NCBI GenBank assembly: GCA_030390025.1
Contig: CM059430.1
Coordinates: 61,628,001 to 61,692,000 of the forward strand
Direction of reading: 5' to 3'
Length of the DNA stretch: 64,000 nt
Source: Squalus acanthias
Lineage: Eukaryota
Position 1 is the stretch's first letter. Every line of letters begins with the position of its first letter. Positions 52,180-64,000 of this stretch are shown piece by piece. The notes under the pieces are model-generated. The model did not search any database. It was not told the origin of the DNA and saw nothing but the letters and a program-made list of their open reading frames with translations. The position numbers and the translations under genes were made by a program.

Positions 52180-53072
52180 GGGGTAGAAATTCAGTTGGTT
52201 GCGCCTCCCGTTAGCGCCTTAAGAGGGCGCTAATGGGGCGTTAAGCCGCTAACGCCCGGGCGCAGCGCTGTTTGCGCCGCTCGAGAACTTAACTTGAGAT
52301 TGTGCGGCGGCGCTAAAACTTACCGCTGCGACCACATGCGCGCGCAGATTGTGACGTCATTCCATGGTGCAACGCCCTTGGGGCGCCCCGTAGCGGAAAT
52401 TGAGTGGCGCCCCCTGCCTTACCGCCTGGCGCTTCCAACGACCAGAAGACTGGAACGCTATCAATCGCTGTGGGGCTGGGGGGGGCGCTATTTAAAGGGG
52501 TCCTCTTCCTTTCTTTTATTGTTGGTGGCATTTTTGAACTACGCATTCTGAGAGAGAGAGGGAGAGACTTCTGGAGAGATTCAACGTTGTGTGAAGGAGT
52601 TTTGGGTACTGAGCAGCACTTTGCAGGTTCATTTTGATTTGCCATTCCTTGTATCGATTTAGCAGAGACCGTGGGAGCTGCACTCTGAGCTCTTTGCCTG
52701 GTGCTCTCCATTGTTCTTTCCAGCACATTTGATGTGCAAGTCTCTCCAGGCCGAGATTCAAGGCAGCAATGAACAGGATGTGGATGGAAAGCAAGATTAA
52801 CCATCCCCTTTAAGAACTGGCCCGTGCCATTGTGTGTGTGTTCCATTGCTGACTGACATTACATGAGCTTCGCCAGCGCTCCGAATTAGCGCCTCACTGC
52901 TCGGCCTTTGCGCCTTAAGAGAGGTGTGCAGCGCCTGCTTTAGCGCTCCACTCACCTCCCGGGGCGGTAAAAGTGAAGTTTCCCGTCAGTGCCGATAATT
53001 AGCGCCAGGCGCTAATATTTGCGTCCGGACGATATTTGCGCCCCAAATGGGGCGCGACCTAATTTCTACCCC
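52180..53072 (-). mobile_element. MITE derived from the 38966/45331 Harbinger family
   Basis: Both ends match the full elements in reverse orientation; TIRs GGGGTAGAAATTCAG / CCTAATTTCTACCCC; flanks CAA/AAA interrupt RTE sequence. Confidence 0.9.
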
Positions 53073-54659
53073 AAAGACTGGTGCGACGACAATGACCAGG
53101 AGATGCAGGAGGTAATAAGCCACAAACACATGGCATTCCTGATCTGGAAACAGCAACAGAACTCGAGAACAAGAAAGCAGCTGTACAAACGCCTGAAGGC
53201 CGAGGTCCAACGAAAAACTTGCGACCTAAAGAACAGATGGTGGAGGTGGAGAAAGCGCAGGAGATTCAGCAGCTAGCTGACAACCACGACGTGCGTGGAT
53301 TCTTTAGCACAGTCAAGACCACCTACGGCCCAAGCACTTAAGCTCCTACCCCACTGTGGGCCAAGAACGGAGAGGTACTCATCAAGGACAGAGAGGCAGT
53401 CAGTGCCCGCTGGAAGGAGCACTTCGAAGATCTCCTTAACCGAGACTCTGTCTTCGATGCGAGCGTCCTCAACACCATCCTGCAGCATGCTACCTGCCAC
53501 CACCTCAGCACAAACCCAGCCCGGCATGAGGTTGAAAAGGCCATCCAACAACTGAAGAACAACAAGGCCTCAGGAGCAGATGGAATCCCTGGCTTGCGCT
53601 GAAACATGGTGGCGAAGCACTATTGGTGCATATACATGAACTAATTTCACTTATTTGGAAGGAGGAGAGCATGCCAGGGGATCTCCGAGATGCTGTAATC
53701 GTGACGATCTTCAAGAAAGTTGACAAGTTCAATTGCGGTAAATACGTGAGGAGTCTCCCTGCTGTCTGTCACAGGGAAAGTCATCACAAGAATCCTCCTC
53801 AATCACCTTCACCAAGTGACTAAATAGCTCCTCTCAGAGTCGCAATGCGGATTCTACCCACTAAGGGGCACAATGGACATGATCTTCACCGCACGGCAAC
53901 TACAAGAGAAATGCAGGGAACAGCACTAACCGCTGTACATGGCCTTTTTGACCTCAAAAAGACCTTCAACATTGTCAACCGTGAGGGATTATGGAGTGTC
54001 CTCCTCAAATTCGGTTGCCTTCAAAAGTTGGTCACCATCCTCCACCTGCTTCACGATGACATGCAAGCCGTGATCCTGACCAACAGATCCACCACAGGTC
54101 CAATTCATGTATGGACCGGGTTCGAGCAAGGCTGTGTCATCACATCAACGCTCTTCTCGATCTTCCTGGCTGCAATGCTCCATCTCACCCTCAGTAATCT
54201 CCCCGCTGGAGTGGAGCTAATCTACAGAACAAACAGGAAACTGTTCAACCTCCATCACCTCTAGTCCAGATCCAAGTTCGTCCCCTCCTCTGTCATCGAA
54301 TTACAGTATGCAGACAACGCTTGCGTCTGCGCACACACTGAGGATGAACTCCAAACCCTAATCAACAGCTTCACCGAAGCGTACGAGACCATGGGCCTTA
54401 TACTAAACATCCGTAAGACAAAGGTCCTCTACCAACCTGCCCCCGCCACACAGTACTGCTCCCCGATTATCAAAATCCATGACGAGGCCTTGGACAACGT
54501 GAACCACTTTCCATACCTCGCGAGCCTACTGTCAACAAGTGTAGAAGTCAATGACGAAGTCCAACACTGCCTTCAGTGTGCCAGTGCAGCCTTTGGTCGC
54601 CTGAGGAAGAGAGTGTTTGAAGACCAGACCTCAAATCCTGCAGCAAGCTCATGGTCTAC

Positions 54660-55261
54660 CAGGAGATGGCCTACCAGGGGAAGGCACTAGCAGCCAGGTT
54701 CATGGGACCATGGCTGGCTCTGCTGCACAGCAGGGCGGGAAAAAGAGTGGCAGGGCTATAGTGATAGGGGACTCAATTGTAAGGGGAATAGACAGGAGTT
54801 TCTGTGGCCGCAACCGAGATTCCAGGATGGTATGTTGCCTCCCTGGTGCAAGGGTCAAGGATGTCTCTGAGCGGCTGCAGAACATTCTGAAGACGGAGGG
54901 TGAACAGCCAGCTGTCGTGGTGCATGTAGGTACCAACGATATAGGTAAAAAGCGGGAAGAGGTCCTACAAGCAGAATTTAGGGAGCTAGGAGCTAAATTA
55001 AAAAGTAGGACCTCTAAGGTAGTAATCTCTGGATTGCTACCAGGGCCACGTGCTAATCAGAATAGAGAGAACAGGATAGTGAGATTGAATACGTGGCTTG
55101 AGCAGTGGTGCAGGAGGGAGGGATTGAAATTCCTGAGGCATTGGAACCAGTTCTGGGGGAAGTGGGACCTGTACAAAAGGGACGGTCTGCACTTGGGCAG
55201 GACTGGAACCGATGTCCTCGGGGTAATATTTGCTAAAGCAGTTCGGGAGGATTTAAACTAA
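54660..55261 (+). CDS. CR1 ORF1 C-terminal SGNH-esterase domain (5' truncated)
   Basis: GDSIVRG, LPGA, HVGTND and DGLH blocks are intact. Confidence 0.88.
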
Positions 55262-55308
55262 TATGGCAGGGGAATGGGAACCTATGTAGCGAAACAGGGG
55301 GAAGTAAT

Positions 55309-58245
55309 ATGCAGTCAGAAACAAATGTTAGAAGGGTGAGAAACAATAGGGGAAGGCCGAGTAAACAAAGGCAAGAAACACAAAGGGCCATACTAAATCA
55401 TAAGTCTAAAAGGACAAAGGATGTTAATAAAACAAGCCTAAAGGCTCTGTGTCTTAATGCAAGGAGTATCCGTAATAAGGTGGATGAATTGACTGTGCAA
55501 ATAGATGTTAACGGATACGATGTGATTGGGATTACAGAGACGTGGCTCCAGAACAATCAAGGCTGGGAACTGAACATCCAGGGGTATTCAACATTCAGAA
55601 AGGATAGAATAAAAGGAAAAGGGGGTGGGGTAGCATTGCTGGTTAAAGAGGAGATTAATGCAATAGCTAGGAAGGACATCAGCTTGGAGGATGTGGAATC
55701 AATATGGGTTGAGCTGCAGAACACCAAAGGGCAGAAAACGTTAGTGGGAGTTGTTTACAGACCTCCAAACAGCAGTAGTGAGGTGGGGGAGGGTATGAAA
55801 CAGGAAATCAGAGGTGCGTGCAAAAAAGGCACGGCAGTTATCATGGGTGACTTTAATATGCATATAGATTGGGCTACTCAAACTGGAAGCAATACGGTGG
55901 AGGAGGATTTCCTGGAGTGTTTAAGGGATGGTTTCCTAAACCAATATGTTGAGGAACCAACTCGAGGGGAGGCCATCCTGGACTGGGTGTTGTGTAATGA
56001 GGAAGGACTAATCAGCAATCTTGTGGTACGAGGCCCCCTGGGGAAGAGTGACCATAGTATGGTGGAGTTCTACATTAGGATGGAGAAGGAAACAGTTAAG
56101 TCAGAGACCATGGTCCAGAACTTAAATAAGGGCAACTTTGAGGGTATGAGGCGTGAATTGGCGAGGTTAAATTGGCAAGCAATATTTAAGGGGCTATCAG
56201 TGGAAGGGCAATGGCAGACATTTAGAGATCGCATGGATGAACTACAACAATTGTACATCCCGGTCTGGCGTAAAAATAAAAAAGGGAAGGTGGCTCAACC
56301 ATGGCTAACAAGGGAAATCAGGGATAGTATTAAAACCAAGGAAGTTGCATACAAATAGGCCAGAAGTAGCAGCAAACCCGGGGACTGGGAGAACTTCAAA
56401 ACTCAGCAGAGGAGGACGAAGGGTTTGATTAGGGCAGGGAAAATAAAATATGAAAGGAAGCTTGCAGAGAACATTAAAATGGACAGCAAAAGCTTCTATA
56501 AATATGTAAAAAGAAAGAGGTTAGTAAAAACAAACGTAGGTCCCCTGCAGTCGGAAACAGGGGAAGTCGTAATGGGGAACAAGGAAATGACAGATCAATT
56601 GAACAAGTACTTTGGTTCGGTGTTTACTGTGGAGGACACACACAACCTGCCGGAAATAAAAGGGGTCAGAGGATCTGGTAAGAGGGAGGAGCTGAGGGAA
56701 ATCCTTATTAGTCGGGAAAAGGTATTGGGAAAATTGATGGGACTGAAGGCTGAAAAATCCCCGGGGCCTGATGGTCTGCATCCCAGAGTACTTAAGGAGG
56801 TGGCCTTGGAAATAGTGGATGCATTGACGATCATTTTCCAACATTCCTTAGACTCTGGATCAGTTCCGATGGAGTGGAGGGTGGCCAATGTAACCCCTCT
56901 TTTTAAAAAAGGATGGAGGGAGAAAGCAGGGAATTATAGACCGGTCAGCCTGACATCGGTTGTGGGTAAAATGATGGAAGCAATTATTAAAGATGTCATA
57001 ACAGACCATTTGGAAAGTGGCGACATGATAGGTCCAAGTCAGCATGGATTTGTGAAAGGGAAATCATGCTTGACAAATCTTCTGGAATTTTTTGAGGATG
57101 TTTCCAATAGGGTGGACAGGGGGGAACCAGTAGATGTGGTGTATTTGGACTTTCAGAAGGCCTTCGACAAGGTCCCACACAAGAGATTGGTGAGCAAAGT
57201 TAAAGCACATGGGATTGGGGGTAATGTGTTGGCGTGGATTGAGAACTGGTTGGCACACAGGAAACAAAGAGTAGGAGTAAATGGGTACTTTTCAGAATGG
57301 CAGGCAGTGACCAGCGGGGTACCGCAGGGTTCGGTGCTGGGACCCCAGCTGTTTACATTATATATTAATGATTTGGACGAAGGGATTAAAAGTAATATCT
57401 CCAAATTTGCGGATGACACTAAATTGGGAGGCAGTGTGAACAATGAGGAGGATGCTAGGAGGCTACAGAGTGACCTGGACAGGTTGGGTGAATGGGCAAA
57501 TGTATGGCAGATGAAGTACAATGTGGATAAATGTGAGGTTATCCACTTTGGTGGTAAAAATAGAGAGGCGGACTATTACCTGAATGGTGGCAGATTAGGG
57601 AAAGGGGAGGTGCAACGAGACCTGGGCATCATGGTACATCAGTCATTGAAGGTGGGAATGCAAGTGCAGCAGGCAGTCAAGAAAGCAAACGGAATGATGG
57701 CCTTCATAGTAAGGGGATTTGAGTACAGGAGTAGGGAGGTGATGCTGCAGTTGTACAGGGCCTTGGTGAGACCACACCTGGAGTATTGTGCGCAGTTTTG
57801 GTCTCCTAACTTAAGGAAGGACATTCTTGCTATTGAGGGAGTGCAGCGAAGGTTCACTAGATTGATTCCTGGGATGGCCGGACTGACATATCAAGAAAGA
57901 TTGGGTCAACTGAACTTGTATCCTCTGGAGTTCAGAAGAATGAGGGGGGATCTTATAGAGACATTTAAAATCCTGACTGGTTTAGACAAATTAGATGCGG
58001 GCAGAATGTTCCCAATGGTAGGGAAAACTAGAACCAGGGGTCACAGTCTAAGGATTAAGGGGAAGCCATTTAGGACTGAGCTGAGGAGGAACTTCTTCAC
58101 CCAGAGAGTGGTGAATCTATGGAATTCTCTTCCACAGAAGGTTGTTGAGGCCAGTTCGCTAAATATATTCAAAAGGGAGTTAGATATAACACTCACAACT
58201 AGGGGGATCAAGGGGTATGGCGAGAAAGCAGGAATGGGGTACTGA
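55309..58245 (+). pseudogene. CR1 ORF2 (APE endonuclease plus reverse transcriptase) with one in-frame TAG
   Basis: ORFs 55309-56358 and 56425-58245 share a frame and are separated only by TAG at 56356-56358; ITETW, GDFN, SDH, QGSVLGP and FADD motifs. Confidence 0.95.
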
Positions 58246-59029
58246 GGTAGCATGTTCAGCCATGAACGCATTGAATGGCGGTGCAGGCTCGAAGGACCGA
58301 ATGGTCTACTCCTGTACCTAGTTTCTATGTTTTCTATGTTTTCTATGTCTACAGAGCAGTAGTGATACCCGCCCTTCTGTATGCTTCAGAGACATGGTCC
58401 ATGTAAAGGAGGCACCTCAAAGCACTGGAGAGGTACCACCAATGCTGTCCCCGTGAGACCCTGCAAATCCATTAGCAGGATAGGCACACCAACGTCAATG
58501 TTCTCGCTCAGGCCAACATCCCCAGCATCGAAGCTTTGTCCACGCTCGATCAGCTCCAATGGAAGGGCCACATCATTTGTATGCCCGATATGAGACTCCC
58601 AAAACAAGCACTCCACTCCGACCTCCGACACAGCAAGAGAGCCCCAGGTGTGCAGAGGAAACGCTTGAAGGACATCCTCAAAGCCTCCTTGAAAAAGTGC
58701 AACATCCCTCCAACATCTGTGAATCCCTGGCCCAAGACCACACAAAGTGGAGGAAAAGCATCTGGGAAGTCGCCCAACACCTCGAGTCTCTTCGCCGGGA
58801 GCAAGCGGAAGCCAAGCGCAAACAGCGGAAGGAGCGCACATCAATCCAAGCACCCCACCCCCCTGCACCTTCAACCACTGTCTGTCCCACCTGTGACAGA
58901 GACTGTAGGTCCTGCATTGAACTCATCAGTCACCTGAGAACTCAATTTTAGTGTGGAAGCAAGTCATCCTCGCTTCCGCAGGACTGCCTAAGAAGAAGAA
59001 GAAGACAAGAAGAATGTATACCATTAGCA

Positions 59030-60660
59030 TTTTAAATGCAGCATTCACGGGATGTGGGCGTTTCTGGCAAGGCCAGCATTTATTGCCCATCCCAAATTTA
59101 CCTTGAGAAAGTGGCGATGAGCCGCCATTTTCAACCGCTACAGTCCATGTGGTGAAGGTACTCCCACAGTGCTGGTCAGTATGTAGTTCCAGGATTTTGA
59201 CTCAGCGACAATGAAGGAGGCCGATATATTTCCAAGTCAGGATGGTGTGTGAATTGGAGGGAAACATGGAGGTCATGGTGTTCCCCTGTGCTGCTGCTCT
59301 TGTCCTTCTATGTGGTAGGGTTTCCAGATTTCGGATGTGCTGTCGAAGAAGCCTTGGCAGTGCATCTTGTAGATGGTACACACTGCAACCACGGTGCACT
59401 GCAAGTGGAGTTGTGAATGTTTAAGATGGTGGATGGGGTGCCTATCAAGTGGGCTGCTTTGTCCTGGATTGTGTTGAGCTTCTTGAGTGTTGTTGGAGCT
59501 GCACTTATCCAGGCAAGTGAAGAATATTCCATCAGACTCCTGACTTTTGCCTCGTAGATGGTGGAAAATCTTTGGAGAGTCAGGAGGTGCGTCACTCGCC
59601 GTGGAATACCCAGCCTCTGCTCTTACCTGCTCTTGTAGCCACTGTATTTATGTGGCTGGTCCAGTTACGTTTCTGGTCATTGATGACCCCCAGGATGTTG
59701 ACTGACAGGAATTCGACAAGGGTAATGCCGTTGAATGTCAAGGGGAGGTGGTTAGACTCTTTCTTGTTGGTAATGGTGAATGTCTGCAACGTATGTGGTG
59801 CAAATGTTACTTGCCACTTACCAGCCCAAGCCTGAATTTTGTCTAGGTCTTGCTGCATGAGGGCAAACACTGCCTCATTATCTGAGGAGTTGTGAATTGA
59901 ATTAAACACTGTGCAATCATCAGCGGACATCCCACTTCTGATCATATGATGGAGGGAAGCGCATTAATGAAGTAGCTGAACGGTTGGGCCTAGGCCACTA
60001 ACCTGCGGTACTCCTGCAGCGCTGTCCTGGGGCTAAGATGGTTGGTCTCCACAACCAAAAACATTTTTCTTTTTGCTAGGTATGACTCCAGCCAATGGAA
60101 AACTTATTCCCCTTATTCCCATTGACTTCAATTTTACTAGAGCTCCTTGATGCCGCACTCGGTCAAATTCTCCTTTGATGGCAAGGGCAGTTACTCTCAC
60201 ATCACCTCTGAATTCAGCTCTTTTGTCCATGTTAGTACAAAGGCTGTAATGTGGTCTGGAGCCAAGTGGTCCTGGCGGAACCCGAACTGAGCATCGGTTA
60301 GCAGGTTATTGGTGACTAAGTGCTGCTTGATAGCACTGTCAACGACACCTTCCATCACTTTGATAGATATTGAAGTCCCCTACTGAGAGTACATTTATGC
60401 CCTTGCTGCCCTCAGTGCTTCTTCGAAGTGGTGTTCAACGGGGCACTCTTTCACTAGGTGAGGGACGGCAGTAAGTGGTAATCAGCAGGAGGTTTCCTTG
60501 CCCACGGTAGGCCTGATGCCAGGAGACATCATGGGGTCCGGAGTCAATGTTGAGGACTTCCATGGCCACTCTTTGCCGACTGTATACCACTGTGCCGCCA
60601 CCTCTGGTGGGTGCATCTTGCCGGTGGGACAGTACCTACCCAGGATGGTGATACAGGAGT
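59030..60660 (-). mobile_element. CR1/L2-group LINE 3' portion, decayed
   Basis: SADDCTVF…WAGKWQVTFAP…IYEAKVRSLMEYS; homologous to 23870-24680. Confidence 0.82.
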
Positions 60661-61501
60661 TTGAAGCATATAAATATAACTTCTCTGCTTCTTACAATCA
60701 ATGGAGCGGTGGTGCAAAATTTCACAATATTCGCTCTCTGCCTATGCCCGAAACACAAGCATGAAACGTTTGTCCTTTTGTTTATATACCAACTTACAAG
60801 CCATGAAATTCCACAGCGATTGCCCCAGTTTTTCAGCCATTTGCGCGGTTTCTCTAAAAAAAAATTGCCAGTCTATTGCCGAAGTTATGGCAGATCACGC
60901 AAATTGAATTTAATGGCATACTTTAATAAGAGTAAGATTTTGGTTGTGGAAACTACAGTCACGATGATGCTAATCACTGAGTCTGTCTCTCACAGGCGTT
61001 ATCTAAGCAGTTCACAACCGAGAACAGCATCACTTTCATTTGAGAATTCAATATCCAATTTATTTCAAAGCCTTTTGGAAAATGCAATCAATTTTCAAAC
61101 TATCAGGACTGAAGGGTAGTACCCTCTACTTTTCAATTCCTTTTGATGCACAGGCAGTATGTAGAGAAATTCTGAAAAAGTATGTATGCTCAGAATGCAA
61201 AATGTGCATGATATCAAATTTTGCAAGCCACACAAACTCATAATGCACAGATGTAGTTGAACGCCCACTCCAACTGCTGTGAGATAAACACATATTCAGT
61301 CGAATTCTAAGCTTTTAAGACAGGTTAAGACCTTGAAACAAAAACTTTAATGAAGCTTTTAAAAGGCACAAAAGTCAATTGAGTGGGTAAATATAAACAG
61401 TAGCAACATTATGTTATTACACTTTCATTTGTCCTGATAACGGATACAGAGTTAACATGAACAATTATCAAAAAGTTCACGTTTTCCTATATAATTGTAT
61501 T

Positions 61502-63376
61502 AGAACATAAGAAATTGGAGCAGGAATAGGGCACATGGCCCCTCGAGACTGCTCCGCCATTCAATAAGATCATGGCTGATCTTGGGCTCAAAGCCACTTC
61601 CCTGCCCGCTCCCCAGAACCTTTAACTCCCTTATGTTGAAAAAATCTGTCTATCTCCACCTTAAATGTATTTAATGACCCAGCCTCCACGGCTCTCTGGG
61701 GCAGAGAGTTCCACAAATTGACCAACATCTGAGAGAAGAAATTCCTCCTCATCTCAGTTCTAAAAGGGCGACTCTTTATTCTGAACCGATGCCCCCGAGT
61801 TCTAGATTTCCCCACGAGGGGAAACATCCTCTCTGCATCTACCTTGTCGAGCCCACTCAGTATCTTATATGTTTCAATAAGATCACCTCTGATTCGCCTA
61901 AATTCCAATGTGTATAGGCCCAACCTGCTCAACCATTCTTCATAAGTCAACCCCCTCATCTCAGGAATCAACCGTGTGAATCGTGTCTGAACTGCCTCCA
62001 ATGGAAGTATATCCTTCCTTAAATAAGGAGACCAAAACTGTACGCAGTACTCAAGGAGTGGTCTCACCAATACCCTGTAAAGTTGTAGCAGGGCTTCCCT
62101 GCTTTTATACTCCAACCCCCTTGCAATAAAGTCCAACATTCCATTTGCCTTTTTGATTACCTGCTGTACCTGCATGCTAACTTTTTGTGTTTCATGCACA
62201 AGGACCCCCAGGTCCCTCTGAATTGTAGCATTTTATAATCTCGCTCCATTTAAATACCAATTTGCTTTTTTATTTTTCCTGTCAAAGTGGATAACCTCGC
62301 ACTTTCCCACATTATACTCCACCTGCCAAATGTTTGCCCACTCACTTAGCCTGTCTATATCCCTTTGCAGATTCTTTGAGTCCTCTGCATAACTTGCTTG
62401 CCCACCCATCTTTGTATCATCCGCAATCTTGGCTTCAGTACACTCGATTCCTTCATCCAAGTCATTAATGTAGATTGTAAATAGTTGAGGCCCCAGCACC
62501 GATCCCTGTGGCACCCCACTAGTTACCATTTGCCAACCGGAAAATTACCCATTCATCCCCACTCTCTGCTTCTGTTAGTTAGCCAATTCTCTATCCATGC
62601 TAATATATTACCCCCAACTCCGTGAGCTCTTATCTTATGCAGTAACCTTTTATGTGGCACCTTATCGAATGCCTTCTGGAAATCGAGATACACCGCATCC
62701 ACTGGCTCACCCTTATCCACCCTGCTCGTTACATCCTCAAAGAACTCCAGCAAATTTGTTAAGCATGATTTCCCTTTCATAAAACCATACTGACTCTGCT
62801 TGACTGCATTATGATTTTCCAAATGTCCTGCTACTGCTTCCTTAATGAAGTACTCCAGCATTTTCCCAACGACAGATGTTATGCTAACTGGTCTATAGTT
62901 TCCTGCTTTCTGTCTCCCTCCTTTCTTAAATAGGGGTGTTACATTTGCGGTTACCGATACGCTACGACCTCTCCAGAGTCCATGTAATTTTGGTATATTG
63001 CAAGCAATGCATTCACTATCTCTGCCGCCACTTCTTTTAAGACCGTGGGATGCAGGCCATCTGGTCCATGGGACGTGTCGTCTTTTAGTCCCATTATTTT
63101 ACCAAGTAGTTTTTCCTTAGTGATGGTGATTGTCTTTAGTTCCCCCCTCCCTGTGGCCCATCGATTATCCATTATTGGGATGTTGTTAGTGTCTTCTACC
63201 GTGAACACAGATACAAAATATATGTTCAGAGTCTCTGCCTTTTCCCTGTTCCCCATTATTAATTCACCATTCTCATCCTCTAAGGGCCCAACGTTTATTT
63301 TAGCTACTCTCTTCCTTTTTATATACATGTAGAAGCTCTTGATTTCTGTTTTAATATTTCTTGACAGTTTACTCAC
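61502..63376 (-). mobile_element. CR1 LINE 3' half
   Basis: RT fragments (SQYGFMKGKSCLTNLLEFF, VPQGSVLGP, IADD) and tail. Confidence 0.92.
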
Positions 63377-64000
63377 TTTGCTGATTGAAAATTCATAAAT
63401 GCTTGAAAAAGTACTAACTACAATGGCATTCTACAATATAATGCTAAAATATGCGCAGAGTCAGATGGGTGGTAATCTTGGGCCAGTTTTTGGTCTCAGT
63501 GGAGAGATTACCAAGGTAAAGGAGACACAAGGAAATCCTGTCGGAGAGAAGAGCAGAAGTTGTTCAAGGTGGGCATTCCTAGAAGAGAAGTGGCAGTGAA
63601 TTAAACACTAATACAAAAGTAAAATACTTTTGATCTGGAAGTTATTCCAGCGAATACATGTTCGCGTCCACAAGTCATAGCAACCAAAGCAACCCCCACC
63701 ACGCGCACACATACACACACACATTGGCTGCTGATATACTGAATGGCCCACGAAGCGGCTACGAGATTTCATATGTCATATATGATTCAACCATTGAACT
63801 GCAACTTGAATTATAAACTATTGATTGTGAGGAAATAAAAATCATTAACTTTTACTATTTTTCCGAATTAACACCTTGTCCTTAATGTTAAAACTTTAGA
63901 TTTATCCAACTGGATTTATGTTGTATTCGCTGAAGGATTCAAAAGCTAACAGGAGAAACAATGTCAACAAATTGTTCGCACTCTCTTGGTCAGTTCAATG

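Larger units (their letters stand above)
54660..58346 (+). mobile_element. Young 5'-truncated CR1 LINE nested in the RTE
   Basis: GTCTAC duplicated at 54654-54659 and 58347-58352; (TTTTCTATG)n tail; ORF1 SGNH esterase and ORF2. Confidence 0.96.
52040..59012 (+). mobile_element. RTE-clade (BovB-like) LINE, decayed, with two nested insertions
   Basis: DLRDAVIVTIFKK, QGCVI…LFSIF, QYADN, MPDMRLPKQ, C-terminal CPTC…H zinc-finger-like motif and a (GAA)n tail at about 58990-59012. Confidence 0.88.

Noticed and set aside
60661-61119. 152-aa plus-strand ORF
   Set aside because: Non-ATG start, no recognisable domain, AT-rich intergenic composition.

Overview
Vertebrate genomic DNA, most likely a shark or other cartilaginous fish (inferred from the repeat content: HER1/CR1-type LINEs, an HE1-like V-SINE, a Deu-domain SINE and Penelope fragments). 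Most of the window is transposable-element derived. One host gene can be assembled by hand on the minus strand: a non-rearranging, antigen-receptor-like IgSF gene. Its exons are leader 14694-14640, V domain with germline-joined J-like end 14425-14120, C1-set domain 11742-11446, Arg-containing TM exon 10066-9953 and a probable 32-nt cytoplasmic exon 1130-1099; all have GT-AG junctions and the frame stays open. A decayed paralogue's TM exon and small tail exons lie upstream at about 23.4-25.4 kb. The TE content includes two complete two-gene PIF/Harbinger elements (38966-43107 and 45331-49518, the second with an intact transposase), several Harbinger-derived MITEs, an RTE LINE hosting a young CR1 whose ORF2 has a single stop, and many CR1 fragments. 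The most notable signals are: (1) the VJ-C1-TM(Arg) receptor; (2) a U_UUA_AAC -1 slippery heptamer at the CR1 ORF1 stop, with ORF2 in the -1 frame; (3) a minimal hammerhead-ribozyme core in a Penelope-derived inverted repeat; (4) MITEs carrying several perfect splice donors, all antisense to the host gene. TE fragment boundaries without a TSD are approximate.
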